Assembly (NCBI GenBank): GCA_963675295.2
Contig: CAXXKJ010000002.1
Location: forward strand, 800,001-864,000
Source: a bacterium
GTDB taxonomy: Bacteria; Electryoneota; Electryoneia; Electryoneales; Electryoneaceae
Reading direction: 5' to 3'
DNA: 64,000 nucleotides
Both the position numbers and the translations under genes were made by a program. Below, piece after piece: positions 56,753 to 64,000 of the stretch; the stretch's first letter is position 1; each line of letters opens with the position of its first letter. The notes under the pieces are model-generated. The model saw nothing but the letters and a program-made list of their open reading frames with translations. It was not told where the DNA came from and did not search any database.

Positions 56753-58951
56753 TTACTTCATCAACATCACCTTCTGGACGAGTGCCTGGCCGCCGTTGAA
56801 CTGCGCGCGGACGAGGTACACGCCGCTGGTGAGGTTGGACGCGTCGAACGTCAGGCTGTGCTGCCCACCGGCGAAACGACCATTCGCGAGCGTCGCGACT
56901 TCCTGGCCGAGCGTGTTAAACACCTGCATCCGCAGGTCGCCGGCGTCCGGCAGGGTCACGTTCAGCGTGGTGGTCGGGTTGAACGGGTTCGGGTAGGCGC
57001 TACCCAGCGCGAATTCGCCCGGCATCGTTTCTTCCGCCGTCGCGATTTCCGCTGACTGCTTCAGATCCCAACCGGTCGAGTTCCAGTTGCCTTCGGATTC
57101 AGTGCCGAGGCTGAACTTGAGGAAGGTGAAGGAATCCTGGTCGATGACGGTACCCGGATACTGGCCGGCCTTGGCGACATAAAGGTATTCACCTTCCGGC
57201 GCGAAGGGCGGAACGTTCTGGTGCACGCCAGTCACGACGATGTCAACACCCGGCTGGAAGTTGACGTTGTAAACGTCCAGCGGATACGTGTTGCCGTTCG
57301 GCAGGATCGCTTCGGTCCAGACCTGGCCCGGTGTCGCGGTGGTGTAGTTGTTGCGGATTTCGGCGTCAAAGATCAGCGTGCCGCCGTTCTGCAGGATTAC
57401 GTACGGCTCGTACAGCGGATCGAGGTTGACGATCACATCGGTCGTCGTCGCTTCCGCCATCAAGACGGCTTGGTACGCGTCAACACGGCCCGCGCCGAAC
57501 ACGTTATCCTTGCCGTTGGAACCGAGATCCAGCGCCGTCGTCTGCAGGATTTCGTCGATCTCTTCCGGGGTCAGGTTCGGGTTGACGCAACGGATCAGGG
57601 CGATGGTCCCGGCCGCGCACGGGGCCGCCATCGACGTACCGGACTTAACGGTGTAGCCGGTGTTGCTGGAGTAGCTGCAGGAGTTAATGCTTTCACCCGG
57701 TGCGGACACGTCCGGCTTGATCAGGCCCTGATTCTGGCCGTTGTTGTAGATGTAGTCAAACCACGGGCTGATGTCTTCCCATGTGACCGGGCCCTGGCTG
57801 GAGTAGGACGAAATGTTGTCGCTGCTGTTGGTCGAGCCGACAGCGATCAGGCCACCTGTTCCGCCCGGTTCAGTCTGGTCGGGATTGTGCCATGGTGAGG
57901 GCACTTTGCCCGGAGATGTAACCTGTCCCGGGGGCGGAGTGCCGCCACCGCCATTACCAGCGGATTTGGTCGAAGTCAGACCGGCGAGCAGTGCCGCGCC
58001 GTAGGCGTCACGGTTGCCCTGGCGCAAGGTTTCGGACGGGTTTCCCCAGCCGAAGCTCATGGTGGTGTGATTGGCACCGTGTTCAATCGCGAAGTCAAGA
58101 CCGGCCCAGCAGTCACTCAGGTCAGCGCTGCCGAAATCGCTCGAGATTTTGACGCACATGATGGTCGCATCCGGCGCGACACCGGCCTGTGTGCCGGCGG
58201 TGCCGTCACTGGCGACGATACCCGCAACGTGGGTTCCGTGACCGTGCGAGTCAATCGGGTCATTGTCGTTGCTGTAGACGTCATATCCGTGGTTCGGGAA
58301 CTGCGCGCCGCCATCCCACAGGTGGTCTGCGAGATCCAGGTGGTGGTAGTTCACGCCGGTGTCCATCACCGCGACGATGATGCCTTCACCGGTATAGCCC
58401 AGGTCCCACGCATCCGGGGCGTTCACCTGGTTCACATGCCATTCAATTTCATCAGTCTGGTTGCCGCCGGGGGTGCCAACTTCTTCGACCGGTTCGATGG
58501 CCGGCACATCCGGCGAGTATTCAATCGCGTTGACGTCGGAACGCTCAGCGAGGCGACGGATCACGGCCGGGGTCAGCTTGGCGGAAATCGCGTTGGCGAC
58601 GACGATCGAACGAATGTTTTCAGCAGTGCCGAGTTGCTCGTCGGCGTACAATTCGCCGAGCACGGCGTCCTGCGAGTCGGCGGCGCGGCTGCTGATTTCA
58701 TCCCACAGGATAGCGCGGCGCTGTTCCATGCTGCGCACACCTTCGACATACATTGCCAATTCCTGCAGGTCCGGACGCGGGTTCATCATGATTACGACCT
58801 CGAGCAGCTCCGCTTCGTCAGCGGCTGCCAGCACGGGGACGAGATGTTCGCCATACACGGACGGAGCAGAGCTCGCGAACGCGGACGGCAGCAGAAACGC
58901 CGCCAATAACATGACAGCGAGGGGGAGACGGAAAATGCGGAAATTCATCAC
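56753..58951 (-). CDS. S8 serine peptidase with Ig-like and T9SS-type C-terminal domains (copy A)
   Basis: Signal peptide and prodomain, VAVMDTG, HGTHVAG, SAGN, KPDVSAPG, GTSMAAP, YPNPFNP. Start GTG 58951 or ATG 58948. Confidence 0.93.
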   Translation of the reverse strand: MMNFRIFRLPLAVMLLAAFLLPSAFASSAPSVYGEHLVPVLAAADEAELLEVVIMMNPRPDLQELAMYVEGVRSMEQRRAILWDEISSRAADSQDAVLGELYADEQLGTAENIRSIVVANAISAKLTPAVIRRLAERSDVNAIEYSPDVPAIEPVEEVGTPGGNQTDEIEWHVNQVNAPDAWDLGYTGEGIIVAVMDTGVNYHHLDLADHLWDGGAQFPNHGYDVYSNDNDPIDSHGHGTHVAGIVASDGTAGTQAGVAPDATIMCVKISSDFGSADLSDCWAGLDFAIEHGANHTTMSFGWGNPSETLRQGNRDAYGAALLAGLTSTKSAGNGGGGTPPPGQVTSPGKVPSPWHNPDQTEPGGTGGLIAVGSTNSSDNISSYSSQGPVTWEDISPWFDYIYNNGQNQGLIKPDVSAPGESINSCSYSSNTGYTVKSGTSMAAPCAAGTIALIRCVNPNLTPEEIDEILQTTALDLGSNGKDNVFGAGRVDAYQAVLMAEATTTDVIVNLDPLYEPYVILQNGGTLIFDAEIRNNYTTATPGQVWTEAILPNGNTYPLDVYNVNFQPGVDIVVTGVHQNVPPFAPEGEYLYVAKAGQYPGTVIDQDSFTFLKFSLGTESEGNWNSTGWDLKQSAEIATAEETMPGEFALGSAYPNPFNPTTTLNVTLPDAGDLRMQVFNTLGQEVATLANGRFAGGQHSLTFDASNLTSGVYLVRAQFNGGQALVQKVMLMK

Positions 58952-59032
58952 AGTTCACCTCAGAGCAAATGTCGCCAGTTCCGTTGTTGGACACGTTGAG
59001 CTCAAAACATACGGAAGCCGGACCCGTTCGGC

Positions 59033-59057
59033 AATCCGAATTTGAGGAATTTGGATT
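59033..59057. promoter_or_regulatory. Inverted repeat upstream of S8 copy A, possible operator
   Basis: AATCCGAATT-tgagg-AATTTGGATT, identical at 63629-63653. Confidence 0.45.
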
Positions 59058-59226
59058 TTCGTCACGTTCCTTTTGAACGCCCGGACTCGGGGAGTTCGAT
59101 GTGAGAATCAGTGATTTGCGATCAACCTGCTTAACGGAAAGTGGCATGGACCTGCATGAAGTTGTATTTTCAACGATCAGCCTGCTTGTCGAACTGGATC
59201 GGTGACCGCATCGACACGAGATTCCT

Positions 59227-60912
59227 ATGAAAAAGCTGCCTGCAATTTCCGCCTTCCTTTTGCTGTTCGCAGCATCATCCCGCGCACAACTACCCTTTGA
59301 GTGGGAACTGGATCTTTCTTCTATTGGCAGCGCATCAGTTTCCAACATCCACATGTCCGGCGACTGCAGCATCGTTCTTGTCGGCGAGGCATATCATGAG
59401 AGTGGCGATCCGTCAGACGACTGGCTAATGGTAGTTCGATGCGCCCCTGATGGATCGGGATACGAATTACATCAGCTTGTTCGAAATGTAGGGGGACACT
59501 TCGGAGGGATGGATGATGATGGAAATCTGTACATTTTCTACGAACACAGGAACGACGTTGATCGCAGAATGAAGCTGAATCCGGCAAACGACATCGAATG
59601 GGATTACGAAAGCTCAATCAATGTCAATTACTACGAAGCTGTTGCCCCCAGACCACTACCTGATGGTGATATGCTGTACCTCAATGCGTACGAAGGGTAT
59701 TACGATGACGGGTCCTGTGAAGCATTGCGAATAAATCCAGAAGGCGAGGTGGTCGATTCCGTCTGGATGGAGCTGAATTCCGGGATCAAAGCGTGGGAAT
59801 TCGCTTACGACGGATTTGTGTATGCGCACGGCAGTAATCACTACGGCGGTGCCAATGATGTGTACCTGTTCAATCCGCTGACAACGGAGATTTCCTGGCA
59901 CTGCAGCATCAACGGTGTAAGTGGTGAGGCGGAAGTGCTGTCTGCGATTCACGACGGCAGTGGAATCATGGTCGCGGGCAACTCCCCTGATGGGTATATG
60001 TTCCTTGCCTCCGTCCGGCAGAATGGGTCCCTGTTCTGGGTGTATACGTTTCCCGCGTTTACTGCCAGTGGCCTGTTCTGCACGCAGCATTACACTGCGA
60101 TCCTGTTCAGCAGCTCGGGCGGGTCGATGGTACGTTACGGCAGCTTCCTGATGGGTGGGCAGTTGGACTGGTTCATGCCGCTCAACGGGATGTCGGAATC
60201 GCTCGTTGCGGTGGCGCAATCCCCAGATGAAGGCTATGTAATCGCTGTCCGCCGCGACTACTTGTTGCACCTGTACAAGCTGGCTGGTGTTAAGGTAACG
60301 GTGGCGAACATAGCGCTGGATCCTCCAGACGATACGAACGACGGCGTGCTCACGTTGGACCTGCTCATCGAAACCGGCGAAGTCCGTGACCATAACGTGG
60401 AAGTGCGGTTGCAGGCGGAACATGTGCCGAGCGGCGAGTTATTGCCCGCGGATTCGCTGGTCGTCTCGCTGACGCGAAATGATGAATTGCCATACACCAT
60501 GTATTACACTCTTCCCGCGGGCTCGCAGGACGGGGACTACAAGCTGCTGATCGACCTGCAATCCCTTGATGGCCGATATTCAAAGCAGAGCACCTCGGAT
60601 TTTAACCTCGGCGCAACTGCGGTAGCTGAATCAAATCCGACTGCGAACTCGTTCACCCTGTTTGACGTGTATCCCAACCCGTTCAATTCATCGACCATGA
60701 TCACGTTGAAATTGAAGCATTCCACTCGGCTTGCGGTGAAGCTGTTCAACGTCAACGGTCAGGTCGTGCGCAACCTGCAAGACGCGCAGCAGACGGTTGT
60801 GGGAGTGCATCGTATCGAGCTGGACGGCTCACAACTGCCGTCCGGGATCTACTTCGCGGTCGTGAGTGACGACCGAACGATTCAGGCGCACAAATTGATC
60901 CTGCTGCGTTAA
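59227..60912 (+). CDS. Secreted probable beta-propeller with T9SS-type C-terminal domain
   Basis: Signal peptide ending SRA-Q; C-terminal YPNPFN...FNVNGQ...SGIYF...KLILLR. Confidence 0.8.
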   Translation: MKKLPAISAFLLLFAASSRAQLPFEWELDLSSIGSASVSNIHMSGDCSIVLVGEAYHESGDPSDDWLMVVRCAPDGSGYELHQLVRNVGGHFGGMDDDGNLYIFYEHRNDVDRRMKLNPANDIEWDYESSINVNYYEAVAPRPLPDGDMLYLNAYEGYYDDGSCEALRINPEGEVVDSVWMELNSGIKAWEFAYDGFVYAHGSNHYGGANDVYLFNPLTTEISWHCSINGVSGEAEVLSAIHDGSGIMVAGNSPDGYMFLASVRQNGSLFWVYTFPAFTASGLFCTQHYTAILFSSSGGSMVRYGSFLMGGQLDWFMPLNGMSESLVAVAQSPDEGYVIAVRRDYLLHLYKLAGVKVTVANIALDPPDDTNDGVLTLDLLIETGEVRDHNVEVRLQAEHVPSGELLPADSLVVSLTRNDELPYTMYYTLPAGSQDGDYKLLIDLQSLDGRYSKQSTSDFNLGATAVAESNPTANSFTLFDVYPNPFNSSTMITLKLKHSTRLAVKLFNVNGQVVRNLQDAQQTVVGVHRIELDGSQLPSGIYFAVVSDDRTIQAHKLILLR

Positions 60913-61048
60913 TATGCAGCGGGCGTTTCTGGCGTGTAATGGCCGTCATTCACCATTCTCTCCACGACAAATGCGACCCCTGACTCGGTGCAACCCGCGC
61001 TGTATCTTATGCGTTCCAAACGAAAGCACGTAACCCCGAAGAACGATC

Positions 61049-61300
61049 AAGCCGCACCACGTACTTGACTAGAACCGTCTCGACGAGCGCTTACCGAGGA
61101 AGAGCGGATGATCCGTGACGCGGTCCGCAGTTGGGTCAGCGACCGCGTCATCCCGAAGATCGACGAAGCGTTTCGTGACCATTTCTTCCCGCAGGAATGG
61201 ATCCCCGAGATGGCGGAGCTCGGCCTGTTCGGGCCGACGTTGCCGGAAGAATACGGCGCGGGGATTGGCGATATCGCGTACGGCCTGGCGATGCAGGAGC
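61049..61300 (+). pseudogene. Truncated, decayed 5' copy of acyl-CoA (glutaryl-CoA) dehydrogenase
   Basis: Aligns to 63803 onward: ATG changed to AAG (61049), TAT changed to TAG (61070-72), 1-bp deletion near 61090; family-like sequence ends after YGLAMQE. Confidence 0.9.
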
Positions 61301-61355
61301 GCAGAGTTGCATGATCCACCATTTTGTTCAGGATCACGCTTTGTCACGCCAAACC

Positions 61356-63548
61356 CTATTTCATCAGGATCACCTTCTGAACGAGGGGGTGGCCGCCGTT
61401 GAACTGCGCGCGGACGAGGTACACGCAGCTGGTGAGGTTGGACGCATCGAACGTCAGGCTGTGCCGCCCACCGGCGAAGCGGCCGTTCGCGAGCGTCGCG
61501 ACTTCCTGGCCGAGCGTGTTGTACACCCGCATCCGCAGATCGCCGGCATCCGGCAGGGTCACGTTCAGCGTGGTGGTCGGGTTGAACGGGTTCGGGTAGG
61601 CGCTACCCAGCGCGAACTCACCCGGGATCGTAGAATCCACCGTCGCGATTTCCGCTGACTGCGTCAGATTCCAACCGGTCGAACTCCAGTCACCTTCAGC
61701 GTCCGCACCGAGGCTGAACTTGAGGAAGACGAAGGAATCCTGGTCGATGATGTTGTTCGGATACTGGCCGGCCTTGGCGATGTAGAGGTATTCACCTTCC
61801 GGCGCGAAGGGCGGGACGTTCTGGTGCACACCGGTCACGACGATATCGACACCCGGCTGGAAGGTGACATTGTAGACATCCAGCGGATAGGTGTTGCCAT
61901 TCGGCAGGATCGCTTCGGTCCAGATCTGGCCCGGAGTCGAGGCTGTATAGGTGTTGCGGATTTCGGCGTCAAAGATCAACGTGCCACCGTTCTGCAGAAC
62001 CACGAACGGTTCATAGAGTGGATCGAGGAGGACGAGAACATCGCTGAGCATCGATTCCGCAATCAATGCGGCCTGGTACGCGTCCACACGACCGGCGCCA
62101 TACACGTTGTCCTTGCCAGTCGCGCCGAGGTCGACGGCGGTCGTCTGCAGGATTACATCTACCTCTTCCGGGGTCAGGTTCGGGTTGATAGAACGGATCA
62201 AGGCGACCGTACCACCCGCGCACGGGGTCGCCATCGATGTGCCTGACTTTACCGTGTAGCCAGTGTTGCTCAGCGAGCACGAGTTGACATTTTCACCCGG
62301 TGCGGTCACATCCGGCTTCAGCAGGCCCTGGTTGGCACCGCCGTTGTAGATGTAGTCATACCACGGGTCGATGCTTTCCCACGTCACCGGACCGTGGCTG
62401 GAGAAAGCCGAAATGTTGTCGCTGCTGTTTGTCGAGCCGACGACGGTCAACCCGCCTGTGCCGCCATCTTCGATCTGGTCGGGATGACGCCACGGGGATG
62501 GAACCCAACCCGGTGCGGAAATCTGCTCTGGCGGGACGTTGAAGCTGGATCCACCGGAGTTTCCAGCCGCCTTGGTGTTGGTCACGCCCGCAAGATGCGC
62601 CATTTCGTACGTGTCGCGGTTGCCCTGGTGCAGGGTTGCGGAAACGTTATACCAACCCGCGCTGATCGTTGTGTGATGCGCTCCATGCGCCACTGACCAG
62701 TCAATACCGGCCCAGAGATCGCTGAGGTCCGCGGCGCCGTCGTCGTTCAAGACCTTGACGCACATGATTGTCGCATCCGGGGCGACACCGGCCTGTGTTC
62801 CGGCAGTACCATCACTGGCGACGATACCGGCAACGTGCGTGCCGTGACCGCGGACGTCCATCGGGTCAAGGTCGTCGTAATAGACGTCATAGCCGTGGTT
62901 CGGGAAGTCCGGGCCGCCGTCCCATAAGTGGTCAGCGAGGTCGACGTGGTTGTAGTTGACGCCGGTGTCCATGACGGCAACGATCACGCCTTCACCGGTG
63001 TAGCCCATGTCCCACACGTCGGGGGCGTTCACCTGGAGCACATGCCATTCGATTTCGTCGGTCTGGTTTCCGCCCGGGGTGCCCGAGGATTCCACTGGTT
63101 CGAGGCACGGCACATCCGGAGAATACTCGATCACATGGATTTCCGGACGGTCGGCGATACGCTGGATCACGGCCGGAGTCAGCTTCGCGGAAATCGCGTT
63201 TGTGAGCACGATCGAACGGATCCGTTCGGCGTGTCCAAGTTGTTCATCGGCATACAGTTCATCGAGGAGGGCGTTTTGAGAATCCGCTGCGCGCTGGCTC
63301 AGTTCCGCATACAGCAGCGAGCGGCGCTGTTCCATGCTGCGCACGCCTTCCAGGTACTGTGTCATTTCCTGAACGTCCGGACGTGGATTCATTAGGATCA
63401 CGACTTCAAGCAGTTCTGTATCGTCAGCAGCGTCAAGGACCGGCACGAGATGTTCACCGTACACAGTCGGAGCTGCGTTCGCGGTCTGAAACAGGAATCC
63501 AACCATCAACAACATGGCCATGAATGGGATGGAACGATGATTCTTCAC
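61356..63548 (-). CDS. S8 serine peptidase with Ig-like and T9SS-type C-terminal domains (copy B)
   Basis: Full-length paralog of 56753..58951 with intact D/H/S motifs (VMDTG, HGTHVAG, GTSMATP). Confidence 0.93.
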   Translation of the reverse strand: MKNHRSIPFMAMLLMVGFLFQTANAAPTVYGEHLVPVLDAADDTELLEVVILMNPRPDVQEMTQYLEGVRSMEQRRSLLYAELSQRAADSQNALLDELYADEQLGHAERIRSIVLTNAISAKLTPAVIQRIADRPEIHVIEYSPDVPCLEPVESSGTPGGNQTDEIEWHVLQVNAPDVWDMGYTGEGVIVAVMDTGVNYNHVDLADHLWDGGPDFPNHGYDVYYDDLDPMDVRGHGTHVAGIVASDGTAGTQAGVAPDATIMCVKVLNDDGAADLSDLWAGIDWSVAHGAHHTTISAGWYNVSATLHQGNRDTYEMAHLAGVTNTKAAGNSGGSSFNVPPEQISAPGWVPSPWRHPDQIEDGGTGGLTVVGSTNSSDNISAFSSHGPVTWESIDPWYDYIYNGGANQGLLKPDVTAPGENVNSCSLSNTGYTVKSGTSMATPCAGGTVALIRSINPNLTPEEVDVILQTTAVDLGATGKDNVYGAGRVDAYQAALIAESMLSDVLVLLDPLYEPFVVLQNGGTLIFDAEIRNTYTASTPGQIWTEAILPNGNTYPLDVYNVTFQPGVDIVVTGVHQNVPPFAPEGEYLYIAKAGQYPNNIIDQDSFVFLKFSLGADAEGDWSSTGWNLTQSAEIATVDSTIPGEFALGSAYPNPFNPTTTLNVTLPDAGDLRMRVYNTLGQEVATLANGRFAGGRHSLTFDASNLTSCVYLVRAQFNGGHPLVQKVILMK

Positions 63549-63628
63549 AAATCACCTGAATTCAAGTATCGGTAGTTCCGTTGTTGTTAGTCTGAACTTG
63601 AAACATACGTAACCTGGCCCAACTCGAC

Positions 63629-63653
63629 AATCCGAATTTGAGGAATTTGGATT
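63629..63653. promoter_or_regulatory. Inverted repeat upstream of S8 copy B, possible operator
   Basis: Identical to 59033-59057. Confidence 0.45.
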
Positions 63654-63802
63654 TTGGTCCCGTTCCTTTCGAACGCGCGGACTCGGGGAGTTCTGCGATA
63701 CTCGAACCCACCTCCAGCGCCCGCCTTTCGCCCCTGACTCGGTGCAACCCGCGCCGTATCTTGCACGTTCCAAACGAAAGCCCGTAACCCTGAGGATCGA
63801 CC

Positions 63803-64000
63803 ATGCCGTACCACGCCCTTGACTATTACCGTCTCGACGAACTGCTCACCGAGGAAGAGCGGATGATCCGTGACGCGGTCCGCAGCTGGGTCAGCGACCG
63901 TGTCATCCCGAAGATCGACGAAGCCTTCCGGGATCATTTCTTCCCGCAGGAATGGATCCCCGAGATGGCCGAGCTCGGCCTGTTCGGGCCGACGTTGCCG
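63803..64000 (+). CDS. gcdH: Acyl-CoA dehydrogenase (glutaryl-CoA dehydrogenase-like), 5' part, runs off right edge
   Basis: Manual translation MPYHALDYYRLDELLTEEERMIRDAVRSWVSDRVIPKI...FPQEWIPEMAELGLFGPTLP; GAGG RBS. Confidence 0.8.
   Translation, partial: MPYHALDYYRLDELLTEEERMIRDAVRSWVSDRVIPKIDEAFRDHFFPQEWIPEMAELGLFGPTLP

Noticed and set aside
61108-61314. Functional 68-aa protein
   Set aside because: It is the internal remnant of the decayed gcdH duplicate, lacking the original start and most of the enzyme.

Overview
A ~60% GC bacterial chromosome segment, probably from a non-Bacteroidota FCB-superphylum lineage (inferred from nine proteins ending in a PNPFN-type T9SS/Por-like C-terminal sorting domain). 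Housekeeping genes present: lptD, rarA, gcvT, split transketolase, S41 protease, exbB-exbD-exbD-tonB-tonB, cydAB, ErcA/ErcS-like pair, yciH, menA, tolQRAB, murQ and the start of a glutaryl-CoA dehydrogenase. Between them sit many secreted beta-propeller, FG-GAP and S8 protease genes, several with foreign-looking base composition. The main non-standard signals are: (1) a four-helix-bundle (TIGR02436-like) gene enclosed by two mutually complementary 7-bp tandem arrays; (2) about a dozen heptamer arrays at gene ends, mostly G-rich on the sense strand after stops and C-rich before starts, often next to REP-like palindromes and inserted DNA; (3) an IS1182-family element flanked by a 32-bp duplication of a whole REP-like palindrome; (4) a tandem duplication of an S8 protease plus the gcdH 5' end, with one extra gene in the left copy; (5) an Ig-like module I cannot name, recurring in six secreted proteins. 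No rRNA, tRNA, CRISPR array, reverse transcriptase or integrase was recognised. All calls are by eye from motifs; no searches were run, and GC values are visual estimates.
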